Counted from the first letter of the whole stretch, positions 36,872-50,153 are shown. The stretch: 63,873 nucleotides of DNA, filler included, from Rhabdomonas costata (GCA_019059605.1; 58 parts of 58 records of this genome joined end to end with filler, not necessarily neighbours in it); one strand, 5' to 3'. Made by a program: numbers and translations. The notes: a model not told the origin generated them from the sequence alone.

Positions 36872-37066
36872 CTGGACCGTGTACACGGCGGCCGTGACCA
36901 CGAGGCTGGCCATGCCCCAGATTCCCGCGACCAGCGTCCAAATGGCCAGCCCGTCGGCCTCGCAGTACTGGGTGTTGGTCAGGGCAAAGACGGCGATCAT
37001 CCAGCTCCCCAGCCCCAGCACACACGCCACAACCAACACCAGCAGCAGCGCGATCGCGATCTGGGC
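36872..37066 (-). CDS. Membrane protein exon with two TM helices
   Basis: AQIAIALLLVLVVACVLGLGSWMI…YCEADGLAIWTLVAGIWG…; 195 nt between TTAG and GTGTGT. Confidence 0.65.
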
Positions 37067-38644
37067 CTAAGTGTGCGCGCGCGTCCCCAGTTGCGCGCTG
37101 GTGTCTACGAGCACGGCTCTGCTTGTATGCGAACAAGCTTAGGCGTGTTCAGTTGCTGCTGCTTCTGTTGCTTGGAAGCTGACTTGGACGCTGCGCAAAT
37201 TTATCCTTCCCACTTTTGCACTGGCACTGATCGGCACTGGTCTTCTTGTATGAATGCCCGACTGAAGGCCGATTCCCCTCCCGGTGACAGCAGCTTTCCT
37301 CAGTCCCACAAAGCAGTCAGTCATCACAGGGGGGAAATCACAGGGAGGCCCAAGACTGTGGAGTGGAGTGTGCAAGGCCAGTCCTATTGAACAACACAAA
37401 CNNNNNNNNNNNNNNNNNNNNNNNNNNNNNNNNNNNNNNNNNNNNTTAATTAATTAANNNNNNNNNNNNNNNNNNNNNNNNNNNNNNNNNNNNNNNNNNN
37501 NGTTTTTTGGTATGAGTTTTGCACTGCCCTCCCCTCGAAAAAATGCTTTGCGCTTGTTTTGGGTGGAGTCCGCATCAAACCCATACTAGAAAACCTTGTA
37601 CATTCAAAGCGGCTGTACAGATGCATTTGAACTGTTTGTAAGAGGGTCGGCCTCCAGGGTGTTTGGTTTTGGGGGGAGGTAGTGGGTGAGCAGTGGGTGG
37701 GACCGCACATCTTCGTTCAGCTCGAGGAGGGGCAGCTCCGCACGCTTGTTGGAGCTACCTCGGACGTCAGCGTTTCCCTGAGCTGCCCCACCGTGGTTCT
37801 GTCCTGCCACGGTCTGTGTGGGTGGGTGGCACCGGGAAGTGAAGGCAAGCACACGCACAGCCTGCCCTGCCGGACGCAGATGAATGTGCAGAATGGACAG
37901 TGGAGTGCGAGATGAAAGCCGGTGGTGGGACAGGAGCAGTACTGTGCAGCGCGAGAGAAGAGGAGAATGGCAGCGAGAAGAGGGAGACCAGAGAGGGATG
38001 AGGAAGCAAGTTGGAGGGCCCATGAGACACGAAGAGAAGCCCGGGCAAGCGGAAAGTGGAGTGGGGAGAAGGCACTGTGCAAGGGTGTGAGTGTTAGGCC
38101 CGATGGGCTCATGCCTCTTCGAAAGTTGGGAGCCCAGCGGGGAAAGTGGACCTAGAGTCCTCCACAAAAATTCATTTATAGAGCGAGAAAAAGTTGATTG
38201 AAACCACTTTTTCCCAGCCTAACTGCTCAAAAGGGGCACCTCGCACGTGCTGTGCCTTGCGTGAGGTCTCACTTTTGACTGGGTCTCTTTTGGTTTGGGG
38301 AGGAGTGGGTCGTTAAACGTTTAGCCCTCAAATGAAAGTGTCCATTTTCCCTAAAATGCAAGTAAATGCATTTGTATTTGCATTTATTGTGCAGGGGACA
38401 ATTTAGTTGCCCTGAAATAACATCGCTAAAAAAAGGTCGATTAGCGTTAACTTGTTGCCGTAAACGTTAGCAGTCCTAAACGGAGCATCACCCACAACCC
38501 ACACNNNNNNNNNNNNNNNNNNNNNNNNNNNNNNNNNNNNNNNNNNNNTTAATTAATTAANNNNNNNNNNNNNNNNNNNNNNNNNNNNNNNNNNNNNNNN
38601 NNNNGAGTGTTGGTGTAGCTCGGGGCTCCACGGCAGGGTTTCAC

Positions 38645-38749
38645 CTGGTTCACCAAGACCAGGGTCCAGTCTGCGGGAACCTCGGAATGCACAGAGGCCA
38701 CCGCGGACAGAACAAGGAGACCCAACAGCGGAAGTACGGAGGCTGGCAT
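38645..38749 (-). CDS. First exon of a secreted protein (signal peptide)
   Basis: MPASVLPLLGLLVLSAVASVHSEVPADWTLVLVNQ|GT. Confidence 0.45.
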
Positions 38750-41654
38750 CTCCAAAAATTCACTACCGCAGTACTTCGTGAATGGAAGAAAGAAAGGCAA
38801 GAGCAGTACTGAGGAGCGCAATAGCAGTGAATAGCACAGCATACTGCAGTGTAGTGTTATGAAGGTAAAGTGCAGCACGGCAGTGAGTCCGTCCGGAGCA
38901 ATAATGTGGCAGTACTAGAACAAAATGCTGGTGTCATTGTCAGTACACATCATCCAAGAAGAAAGTATACAAGGAAAAACGTGGTTCCGATTTTCAGTGT
39001 CGATTGCACAAAAAAATCCCCGGGCTCACCACACCAAACGTCCAGTCCACCTGCATGGCAAAAACATTTGAGGTGCTGAGGAGCGCGAGAAAAGCGATCA
39101 GAACACAGGACGTGAGGAAGTGAGGAGAAATCGCAGTGAGAAATGCAAGAAAGTACAGACAGGACTGCGCGCTGAATTCCAACCCAAGGCAGCCGTGCTG
39201 GGGCGAAAAAGGATGTTATTGCACATCATCAAATCGTCGGAAAATAAAAAGGAAATGCAGCACAAACCAGTCCATTACAGTAATGTGATTCTGGTGGGAT
39301 ATGCGCCAGCACTGGTGCGTACGTCTGGTTTAGGGGTGGTGAACGAAAAAAGCAACTTGTACCTCTGTGTGCGCCTTCTTACATGACGTTTTTTCCGCGT
39401 CTCCAGGAGGGGGAGGGCAAAAACTCGGTTGGGGGAGAGGAGCAGTTTTGTCGGGACAGTCGAGCTGAATGCAACATATATATGTGTGCACATTCTGCTG
39501 CAGAACCGGAGGACCTGCTTCGGAGTGTCTTCCTTCAGCGCATGCCCTTGAGGATCCGTTAACAAATCCGGGGGCTGGTGTATTTTTTTTGGGAGGTTAA
39601 TTTAACANNNNNNNNNNNNNNNNNNNNNNNNNNNNNNNNNNNNNNNNNNNNTTAATTAATTAANNNNNNNNNNNNNNNNNNNNNNNNNNNNNNNNNNNNN
39701 NNNNNNNGGTTGGTGGGGAAAGAAATCGAGGGAGGGAAACAGGGCATGGAATCACGGGACTGAAGAGTCATGTGGGTAATCCGTCAGCTTTACGCTTAAA
39801 GCATTGCCGGAGGATCGGGTCAGATTACTGAACAAATGCATTCTTGGGGAGGGGCCGTGTTAAACCCCGTTCAACACCTTAAACGATCAAAGCTATTTTT
39901 TATAAGGGGGTTAGTACAATATGTTAGCGTCCCCTGAAATATTTTTTTCTGAAATATTTCAATTTTCTTTACCGTTAAACGGCGTTGAGCGTTTAGTGCC
40001 CCACCTCCCAAACACAACAGCCCCAGAATTGGAGAAAGGGAACGGGTTGGCGTTTCAAAAAAAAACAGATTTCGCATCAAGAAATCAGAAAGAACCGTGA
40101 TCAAAAATTGCACCAATTGCAAGGTTTACGCAAGGATACTTTCCCGAGAATGCCTCAGTCAAAAGTACCAAAACGTCTTTGTTCATCCGTCCTGCCAACG
40201 GTGAGCAAACGTTTTCATGCAAGGCAACGCGAAGACAAAAAAAGCTAAGCGCAACACCCGAGGTCAGCCGAAGTCGGCCGGAACATCCAGTGGTTTGAAG
40301 CGATCAGCTTTTGCAGAGACTCAGTTCCTGCAAAAAAAATCATCGTAAGCTGGCGCATGAAGCACTCCAATTTTGCTCACACATTTGGGGAATTCTTTAG
40401 CCAGGTTCAATTGAGGACTCTGGAAAAATCCCGAAAGCCGAGGCAACCCCATCCGCGATAAAAATTAGAAAAATGTCCCGTTCCTGGATCAAAATGTTGC
40501 ACCTTAGCTGCTTGGTTTTCAATTACAGTTTCGAAAGGTATGTAATGAGGTGGACCCTGTCAGCTGCCACAGTTGATCACACATGATGTCCCCCCCCCCC
40601 GCCGCCTTTTTAACGCATACCAAGAGGGTCGGGAGAAGGACCAGACCCGACGTCGGGGTATTGCAGGACTTGGCTGCTCACGGCAAAGCTCAGAACAGGA
40701 CCCACAACCNNNNNNNNNNNNNNNNNNNNNNNNNNNNNNNNNNNNNNNNNNNNTTAATTAATTAANNNNNNNNNNNNNNNNNNNNNNNNNNNNNNNNNNN
40801 NNNNNNNNNGTGTTGGTGTGTTTGGGGGTTTGTGGACGGGCACCTCGCTCCCCGACTTTTTCTTGTGTGCTGCGGCGGTGACGCAAGGCCAGCTCACCCA
40901 CGTAGACGGTACCGTTGCGAGGCTCGTGGTTCTGTAAAAAAAAAGGCAGTGAAGTGATATTATGGGATTTTAATTTTCTGGGGCGTTTATGTATGCTGTG
41001 TGGATTCGTTCCCGCATCCTGTATGGATTTGTCAGGTGGCTCTTTTTCCCCCCCCCCCCTCTCTGGAGTCTGCTTCCGTGCGAAGTACTGCTGTGGATAT
41101 GATTGGTTTTTTCCATGGTGGTGCTGGAGTTTGGGCGAGGGGGGATGGTGCGAGAGGTAAAACATATTCTGGAAGTTCTTGTTTCTGTCTGTTTCCCTGG
41201 GATGCGGTATTTTTGTCGCAGGGTAGGTACGCCAGGGTTAGGATTTGTCCCGCATTCTTGCTCGGCTGCTTGAATTAGGCGCACTGACTGAAAGCTATTG
41301 TTCAGCAGTTTATTCTCTTTGTAAATCGACGGGGTTAAGTGGTGTTCTGTGAGCGTTTTCTTGCTTTTGGATTTATAGTGAAATGCGGTGTATGGGCGCG
41401 ATACTCTCATTTTCCAACTTTTCGTTCAGACTGTCGCTTTATTTTCTGAATTTGTTCACGACTGCAACTTGAATCTCTCAAAGAAGATTTTTAGGTGGTT
41501 ATCTTCTTTTCCAAATCAATGAGGTTAGCTAATTTTTTGTGATAGTTTGTTTCTGGTGTTGTGGTGATCCAAATGAAGGTATTCGTGAGGATATTTTTCA
41601 TTTCGTCGTGGCTGGGGCGAGGATTTTCTCCCCAGTCTCCCACATTTCTTTCAG

Positions 41655-41812
41655 ACGGTGACCCAAGAGGTGCGCAGCTTTGCAATGCGCAGCACAAAGA
41701 GCGCCCTCTTGGAGCTGATCCAGCCCTCTGAAGACCTCCTGCTGTATGAGTCGTACCGCCTGAAGGGCTACGGGGTTCTGGGGATCCCCGGGCCCTCTGC
41801 GGTGAACAACTA
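41655..41812 (+). CDS. Hypothetical protein exon (partial)
   Basis: Polypyrimidine tract plus CAG acceptor, then a GC3-rich open frame running to the contig end. Confidence 0.5.
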
Positions 41813-42165
41813 NNNNNNNNNNNNNNNNNNNNNNNNNNNNNNNNNNNNNNNNNNNNTTAATTAATTAANNNNNNNNNNNNNNNNNNNNNNNNNNNNNNNN
41901 NNNNNNNNNNNNGTGGTGTGGGGGGGAAGCAGAAAGGGTTACGAAAGGTGACCAGAGTGGTCTTCACAAGACCTATTCACCTTCGGTCCCTTGAGGTGCT
42001 GTACCACGGCTGCTTACTCAGAGTAGCCCATTGACGACTGATCGAAAAACGTTGGAGGAGCCCGAAGCACGCATTCTTGTCTCCTTCCTCACCCATTTGT
42101 CATTCTCTTCGCTCTCCCGGGAGTGCAAGCGGCTCTCACTGGGACGGGCGAAGACAGAAGGGCAC

Positions 42166-42674
42166 CTGCCCGAGCGCCTCCCCGCCGTCCCGCAGCACTT
42201 CCGGGACTTCGGACAGGAGTCGCTCCACTGTGGTCAACACCCGCTCCGCCGTGAACCGGGAGTACAGCAGCAGCTCCACCGCCCATTTCTCCTGCAAACG
42301 TGACGAGTGACGATGTTTTCCTCTTCGGTAGTGGTTCTTCATGATGCGGTAATGGGCAAGAAGCAAGAAGGAGGCATCAAGGAGATGCCGAAGGGGCAGG
42401 AGTAACCATGGAACCTCTCAACAAGACACCGCGAGGAACAAGAAAATCACAGCGGATTCTGCAGAGATAGCGAGAGAAGTCTGTCCACCCCCCCCTTCCC
42501 ACTCTTTCTCGGTTTTACTCTTGCAGCGCCACACACAAGTTCTTGCAGCATGGAGGGATCGGCGCAGAGGTACAAGTGCAGCACGTTGGGTAGGCTGCCG
42601 CAGCTGAAGGTCCCGGAGGAGCGGCCCAGGCACACGTTGTGGGATACTATTTCATGGTCCAGCGCAGCAACAAC
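42166..42674 (-). CDS. Peptidase M16 (presequence-protease-like, C05D11.1/SDD3-type) region; exons 42674-42537 and 42291-42166
   Basis: VVAALDHEIVSH…FSCG…/WAVELLLYSRFTAERV…RLLSEVPEVLRDG, with phase-0 GT-AG borders. Confidence 0.6.
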
Positions 42675-43167
42675 CTGAGCCACGCCCCACAGTGCCATCC
42701 CTATTTCCATCATAAAATGCCAACCGCACAGCATGCACAGTAAGCGCACCTCCAGCCTCAGTGGCAAGGACGTGAAGACATTTTGGGATTGACCATTATG
42801 CGGTGGTGGGTTCCAGGTGGCTTTGTGTCGAAAAAGCTCCAGGGGAAAAATGCATGTTTTTGCATGGAGGGCGTTTTTATTATGCTCCAAAAAGAAGGTC
42901 ATCAGAACAAAACACNNNNNNNNNNNNNNNNNNNNNNNNNNNNNNNNNNNNNNNNNNNNTTAATTAATTAANNNNNNNNNNNNNNNNNNNNNNNNNNNNN
43001 NNNNNNNNNNNNNNNGGTTTCTGCCCGGCACATGATCAACACGATTGAGGATACGTGGGAGCGTGGCCGTGCAGAGAAGCACAGGAGGTAAGTTCAACCC
43101 ACACACTAATGAAACGATTGACAACAGCCGAAACCCACACACAACTAACCCACACACACAGACGCAC

Positions 43168-44018
43168 CTCCGCACGGCCACGCTCCCACGTATCCTCAAT
43201 CGTGTTGATCATGTGCCGGGCAGAAAGCCCAAGCCCCACAACCCCAAGAAGCGTGATGCCGATGGCTGTGCCCAAAAGGATCAGCAAGTTCACAATCAAC
43301 GGCCACTCCACCTCGCTGACGTCGATCTTCAGCAGAAATGCAATGCCCAGCTCAGGCATCATATCCACCGCCAGGATGGTCTGCTCGCCACGATAGTCCA
43401 CTCCTCGAATCAGCTGCCCGGCAGCAGACTTTGCTGCCAGCGCTTGAGCAATGGTATGCGCCGCGGCACTGGTGCTCACGCAAAGCTCCTCGCTGCAGTC
43501 CGTATCGCGGTACTTGAAGTTGGAAACATATCGCATGGCATCGGTACGGCCCTGGTACTGCGTGCCCACCAGAAGCTCGAGTGAGCCGCTCTCCTGCGAA
43601 TTCTGGTCGTTAGCGTATTGCGCAGCCTGAGCGATGCTGTCGTTGATGACCTCCTGGTCATCCATCTTCAGCACAATCCCCAACTTCAGATCTGGAACGC
43701 AGGAATATGCCGCAAGGACGCTAACCCCGCGGTAGTCAGTCTCTTTTGACGCTCCTGTGAGACATTGAATGGTAGACATGCTTGTCACGGAGGCGCTGGG
43801 TGTGAGAACAGGGCATGGCCCACCGCTGCAGTTGAACTTCGTCTTCGTCAGCAGCTGGGCCCGAGTCGTGCCGTTGATACTCACCTGCCGAGCGATCACG
43901 ACCTCCGAAGTACCATTGAGCTCTGCATTGATGGCATCCCCCACACCGCCCAGGTCATTAATCACGTCATTACGAAGCTCATCCATCGCAACCTCCGTCA
44001 CAAGAGTGGTGTTCAACC
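43168..44018 (-). CDS. Transmembrane receptor with tandem Cache-like extracellular sensor modules (partial exon)
   Basis: Two repeats, DYRGVSVLAAY…LGIVLKMDDQEV and DYRGEQTILAV…LGIAFLLKIDVSEV, then a ~25-aa TM helix and a cytosolic helix ending at donor GTGCGT. Confidence 0.8.
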
Positions 44019-44118
44019 NNNNNNNNNNNNNNNNNNNNNNNNNNNNNNNNNNNNNNNNNNNNTTAATTAATTAANNNNNNNNNNNNNNNNNNNNNNNNNN
44101 NNNNNNNNNNNNNNNNNN

Positions 44119-45086
44119 GGTGGTGGGTTGTGTTGTGTGGAGTCGGTGGAGGGCACAAGCATGTTCATCTCACGTAAAGCCCTTATGCGCCGAAGCAGGT
44201 GCCTGGGTCTGAGCAAAGACACTCGAATGCTGGAAAGCACTGGACGACGAAGAAAGACAGAGCAGTCACTTGATGAATCACTAAAGTCACGTTCCCTTGG
44301 GTGGCTGGAGCTCGAATCTCTTTCGTTGCTCTTCTTTCCAAGCTCATATTGCTTTCGGGTGGAGTTGTGGATGGCAAATTTGTCCTTACTGGGCGCTCTG
44401 TGCTTCAGTCGATGAGCTTCTTTCTTCTTGCGAGCTTCCTGGAGGTAGCGGAGCTGCCGCTCTGTAATTTCAAGCTCTTTCTGAATTTCCAATTCTCTCT
44501 TGCGAAGATCCGTAAAGCTCTCCTTCGAAAAAGGGACGGATTCAGAAGCGGCAGTCTCTTCACTATGAACGAGCTGGAGCTCAGATTCAACATTCTGTAG
44601 CACTGGCACCACAGGTGGGCCATCAGCCTCGCGGCTCCTTTTCTTTGTTGAGGAAGGTTGGAATGTGTCTATGACCATAACGTCGTCATGACCACTGGAA
44701 CCATCGCTAATGCAAATTTCGGAATTTTGGCAGGCCTCACGCTTCACTGTGGCACACTTCTCTTCCCTTTGAGCCTTTGCCTGAGAGCGTTGGGCAATGC
44801 GGCCTTCCATCTGTTTAATGATGGCTTTTAAACGCTCCTCGGACAAAGATGTAAGGTAACTACAAAACTCGAAACCGGGTGACTCCGATGCATCGACAGC
44901 ATTTCCGACGGCGTCAACAAATAGTAGCACCGAAGAGAACAACTCCGATGAAAGAGCTGGCGGCCTCTTGCTGGAAGATCCCGTGGTTGCAACCAGAAGC
45001 TGATCAATAAGTTGGCTCACAGTGGGTTTGGACTGGACCCGCCCCTTCAAAACACATTTTAAACACACAACCAAAGCTGCTGCCAA
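44119..45086 (-). CDS. Hypothetical protein with coiled-coil segments
   Basis: Open frame of over 300 codons; no recognised domain. Confidence 0.5.
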
Positions 45087-46162
45087 GTAACGGCCGGGTA
45101 GTCCACTCCGCTGGATTCGAGNNNNNNNNNNNNNNNNNNNNNNNNNNNNNNNNNNNNNNNNNNNNTTAATTAATTAANNNNNNNNNNNNNNNNNNNNNNN
45201 NNNNNNNNNNNNNNNNNNNNNTGTGGTGTGTGTATGTGATGGGCGGGAGTTCTCCCAAAAAGCTTGCGCACGGATGTTGCCCATCGGGCTGAAGCGGTCC
45301 CTTGCCTGTTTTCTCCGGATTACCTCCGATTTTTTTTTGCTCTCACGCTATAATGCAGCATTTTGTTGGTCTGAATGCTGCCGAACCAGGCAGGTTTGCG
45401 GGGTCAGAAGAGTTCCTGATGGTGACTCACCTGATGGAAGCCATTTCCCTCTCTTTTGTTGGTTTATTGTGGCCCAGGGAGGAGCTCGGTTGCCTTTTTC
45501 GTGATGTTTGAATTTGGTACAATCTGAGGGCACAACTGTGTCTTACGTAATTCCTCGGTTTCGCCCTGAGGGAGAGTATTGGAACTTACCCCTTTACACA
45601 CGGGGGCATACCTGAAAGGGGTTGAAAGGGGTGCCCTTGGAAATGCGGAAAGTCGAAGAGAGATAAAAATGAGCCAAATGGACCCCTTATGTCATAACTG
45701 GGCGAAGAGATACTAACACACAGGGTGCTCTTAATGGGAAGGGTCGGTTAAAAGTCGGACGATTTTCAGTGCTAGACAAACGATCACTACACAACATGCT
45801 CGCCTCAGCCACACCGCGGGCTGGCCCTCATTTAGATCCAATGGCACACGTGCACCAATCCCTTTACACTAAGAATTAATCGGTTGGAGGATGCTGACAA
45901 AATTACACAACCCCTCTTGCAGTTAACATTATAAGATGTTTCCGTCAGTTTCCTGCTACAAGTTCCTCCTCCTCCGCAAAACTTTGAAACAAAAAACCAA
46001 CCCCGGCACTTGATTACGGGGATTTCAGCAGAGCTCCCCGAAAAACTCGCTGAATTCCACTGGCTCAAAAAACTCAGAAAATTTGCAGCAAAATGGAAGG
46101 GGGGGGAGGAGGCTAAAGACCACTGCGCCGGGAGCTGGCACTCCGCCCAGTAGCTTGCCCAC

Positions 46163-46224
46163 CCACTCAGCGAATTCCAAGTTTCCCACCCGTGGGCTCC
46201 CAAACGTCGTTAGAGAGCCGTACA
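46163..46224 (-). CDS. Lipase class 3 exon fragment (not in ORF track)
   Basis: LTTFGSPRVGNLEFAEW matches the Lipase_3 'TFGSPRVGN..FA' motif and is followed by a GT donor. Confidence 0.75.
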
Positions 46225-46695
46225 NNNNNNNNNNNNNNNNNNNNNNNNNNNNNNNNNNNNNNNNNNNNTTAATTAATTAANNNNNNNNNNNNNNNNNNNN
46301 NNNNNNNNNNNNNNNNNNNNNNNNGGGTGGTTGTTCTCTCATCCCCACCCCTGCCATTTGTTTTACATCTTCACATTGTTAAACAATACACACACGCACC
46401 CCTGCCTGATCGAAACCCTGTGAGCACTGCCCCCTTCGGCTGTGAACAAGCCGTGTGGTATCTCCACAGTGTAAATTTGTTTGTTTGAAAAGAAAGTCTC
46501 TTGCATATTTTCGAATTATGTCTTGCCAGCTGCAAGCCGAGAAGCATTCCTGGTTACCAATGTGTGATACAGGGCTCTTTTGTGATCGTGATCAGGTCAG
46601 ACTTGTTTCTTTTGTTGCTTCCTGACATCCTGTGTCATGCTGGTGTGGTATTTTCACTTCATGTGAGATCCAACTCATCCCGTACGGGTCCTCAG

Positions 46696-46781
46696 GGCTG
46701 AATGTGATGGATAGGCTGCACCAGCTGGTTCGGGACGTTGACCCTCTGGTCTGCTGCAACGCGATTATTGTTCTGAATGAG
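46696..46781 (+). CDS. Adaptor-complex beta subunit (AP-4 beta-like) exon (not in ORF track)
   Basis: CTCAG|LNVMDRLHQLVRDVDPLVCCNAIIVLNE|GTGTGC matches the beta-adaptin 'L..L..D.DP.V..N….L.E' HEAT motif. Confidence 0.7.
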
Positions 46782-47717
46782 GTGTGCTCTTCTTTTTGAG
46801 CGCGCACGGAACTTCCCACCACAGAACCATTGTAACCTGTAGTATGGACTGGTCACAATGCCTGTCTTTATTTGAAAAGTCATGTCTTTATGACCCCCTA
46901 GAGAATCGAACCCGGAATAACTCCATCAGCCTCCGATGCCGTTGCACATCCCTGCTTCCAGCAAGAATTGATGAAAATTTGCGTTTGCAGCAGTGGGCGC
47001 CGCATTCATGTGAGTTTCGCTCCCGCTACTTTTTGTCCTTTGTTCTTCTAAGTATAAGTTTAAGTTTGTGCAACGCCTCCCACGCCTTGCCCGCTCTTGC
47101 GCCAGTGAACCCCACTGCTCGACAGTCTTGCGCAGAAACTCAGAAACTCAGAAACGCAGAATTCCCAGCCACTCGAAAGCGGTGAAAAGCAAAGAGCTGC
47201 ACACATTTTGCACAAACCGGACAATTTGACCAGAATCTTATGAGTTCCATTGTCATCGTGACAGGCTAAATTGACACACACACACACGCACACACACACA
47301 CACATATGCAGATACCCAACCACCCACNNNNNNNNNNNNNNNNNNNNNNNNNNNNNNNNNNNNNNNNNNNNTTAATTAATTAANNNNNNNNNNNNNNNNN
47401 NNNNNNNNNNNNNNNNNNNNNNNNNNNTGTGGGGTTGTTGATGCAGGTCTGTGTGTTGGAGCGTGTGCATATGCGTGTGCGTGTGCGTGTGCGTGTGCGT
47501 GTGCACCGCAGGAGTGCAAGGGAGGTGATATGGGTCAGTGTTGTCAATAGCAACGGTCAGTCCGCCTCATATCCGCCAGCTGACTTTTTTTTGGCATCTT
47601 GTGACCACAGGTCAACGTGGGCTTTGCTGCCGCTTCCAACAACTCGACAGCCAAATTCAATTGTTCCCCTTCAATTGTTCCATACCCATCGGCATTCGGT
47701 GCGCGTGCCGCGTTCAG

Positions 47718-47826
47718 GCCATGGAAGACCTGGGGTACACTGCGGGGAGGCGAGCCCTTGAGCAGGAGAGCGGCCTTATGCTGCACTGCCCCCACGTGGA
47801 AGCCTTCCGCGTGGCCATTCTGGAAG
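47718..47826 (+). CDS. WDR26/GID7-like LisH-CTLH exon
   Basis: AMEDLGY…ALEQESGLML..P.VEAFRVAILEG, bounded by TTCAG and GTCTGT. Confidence 0.75.
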
Positions 47827-48560
47827 GTCTGTCATTCTCATCCCAACGCAGACCAAGCCTTCCAAGGGAGCAGGGAGAGCGAGAGGAGGGAGGCAATATT
47901 CTGGCAGGTCCGTTAAATCAACTTTGTCCAGTCTTCCCCTTGTCCTCTCGAAATTGCCGCTCCACCGTCTGTCCATCTTACCATCTTTTTGTCTCAGCGC
48001 TTCCTCTCTTGTTCCTTAAGCCCCCCCGGCCCTTCTCCCAAAATGTTCCCCCCCTCCTCCTCTTTTTCCGATCCCTAGTCCCATGTGGTTTCGTTCCAAT
48101 GCCGCTACCACATTCGTACATTCTTTCGCTGCCTTTGTCCTGTCAAAAAACAGGATATTATTGTCCGTGTCATCTCAAAAGCCACAACTGAAAAGAGTGT
48201 GCACTAAATCTGACAGGAAGAATTAGTTTCGGTGCATATCGGTCGTGCTTGTTTTTCAAGCTGCTTTGACCTTCTGCTGTCTCCTCATACTTTTGAGGTG
48301 ACGCGGGCCACACACACCGAGACTGTCTCCATTGTGCTGCAGTGTTGTGCGACTTTTTTTCACGGCATTTTTGTTTGTACGTGAGGAGTGACATTGCATC
48401 TTTTTCCTGCGGCCCACCCACCGACCCAACNNNNNNNNNNNNNNNNNNNNNNNNNNNNNNNNNNNNNNNNNNNNTTAATTAATTAANNNNNNNNNNNNNN
48501 NNNNNNNNNNNNNNNNNNNNNNNNNNNNNNTGTGTGGTGGGGCAAAGTGGACGCGCATAC

Positions 48561-48665
48561 GTCCAGGAGGTCGTTGATGAGGTAGAGCAGAGCACTTCCG
48601 CTGCAACTGATGCAGTGCGTGCATTCGCGCTGCTTCGGGTCCAGAGCGGTGGTCTCCAGCAGAAT
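48561..48665 (-). CDS. Histidine kinase HisKA (dimerisation) domain exon, hybrid-HK type
   Basis: ILLETTALDPKQREC…I..SGSALLYLINDLLD|GTATGC matches the 'T.L…QRE….I..S…LL.LINDILD' motif. Confidence 0.85.
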
Positions 48666-49971
48666 CTTCCCCACCCCCAACACGCACAAATACAACACAT
48701 ACAACACAGAAGCAGTCGCCGGCACCGCAAACACAGGACAGAGCACAGCAGCAACACAACATTGCCTTAGTCACCTTCATCCTCGGGGACTCTTGTATTG
48801 TTCGTTTGGGGGGCAAACGTATAGCACTGCTGAACCATCAAGCATTTCCTAACCCTCCTCAAATTGAAACTATGTCAGTTCAGGGGGCGGGGGCAAAAAG
48901 AAGTACCTAGTATACCTAACCCCATTTTGCTAAAATAATAATGCACTTACAGGTAGTTGCAGAGTTTGTATAAAAATAACATCCCCAAAATGAATCTGAT
49001 TCGGACGTTTAGAACTGCTAAACATTTAGCAGTTCGGAGCATGGCCCACCCCATGAAACGTCCCAATTCTTTAGTATTGCGATCTCATGGGAACCGTTCA
49101 TTGCCCTTGCGATCTGACCTGAACATTAAGCACTGCAGTGCCCCCCCCCCAATATCATTGTCCCCATCCTCGAAGTTCAAATCCCTTTACAACCTACCCC
49201 ACTCACCTCTGCGACAGGGCAAAACCACCTTTGCACATAGGAACCGCTTCTTACCAAGGATGACCCCTCGATTGCGGTTCTTCGAGCAACCACTAGACTC
49301 ACCTCTCACCTCTCACCTCACTCCGGACCGGTGCACCAACCGTCAGAGGTCACCCCGGACCCCTGACCCAATTCGCCCCAAATCCCTATTCGCTGGATAA
49401 CTTCCTACAAAGTCCCCCTTGGGATTGCAGCCGAGACCACAGCAAGGGCACGAGGACCTGACACACGTATCCTAACTTGACCTGAAGCGGCCGACACAGG
49501 TTCACACTTGGGCCTTGAGCTGGCCGCATTGAGNNNNNNNNNNNNNNNNNNNNNNNNNNNNNNNNNNNNNNNNNNNNTTAATTAATTAANNNNNNNNNNN
49601 NNNNNNNNNNNNNNNNNNNNNNNNNNNNNNNNNGTTTTGGGGGCAAAAAAATGCTGAAAACAATAGTAGTAGAGCTCGCGCGGTCGGTGACCTTGATCCG
49701 TGACTACCGTGTTTTGGTTACCTAAGTGACATGCCACAATAGCTAGCACGTGTTTCCTCAGTTTGAACACCCCCGAGCGTTCCTGTAAGGCGGGAAATAA
49801 ACGAGGACCAGTGTTGATTCCTCGCGTTGTCAAGCTTCAGTGGAGCATTATCATCACGCTGGAGAAGTGCACTCCTTCCCAACACTCATTCAAAAAACTC
49901 ACCCTGACCTCACTTGCTTTTCCACATGCTCTACTTCCTTGCGTGTGCCTTTCCTCCACGCGCTACCACAG

Positions 49972-50153
49972 TTCGGGTTCCTCGCGAGGCCCCGAGCTCC
50001 TTCACAGTGTCCCCTGCCGAGCCCTCCCTCGCCAGTGGCCTCACCCTGGCGTTCATCGGGGGCATGGGGCTGTCCTCGACCGACCGCGTGGAGCTGGTCT
50101 CCGAGGAGTCCCATCTCACCACCATTGCCAGGCTACACTCAGACTACCCCGAG
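49972..50153 (+). CDS. Hypothetical exon, possible beta-sandwich surface-protein repeat
   Basis: PSSFTVSPAEP…LTLAFIGGMGLSSTDRVELV between CACAG and GTTCGG. Confidence 0.45.

Noticed and set aside
43016..43226. ~55-bp inverted repeat resembling transposon TIRs
   Set aside because: The terminal arm is an inverted copy of coding exon sequence joined at a short GCAC microhomology, so it is a chimera.
46890..46965. tRNA-like B-box (GGGTTCGATTC, minus strand)
   Set aside because: The T-stem and acceptor stem do not pair and no cloverleaf forms. At most it is a decayed tRNA-derived SINE.
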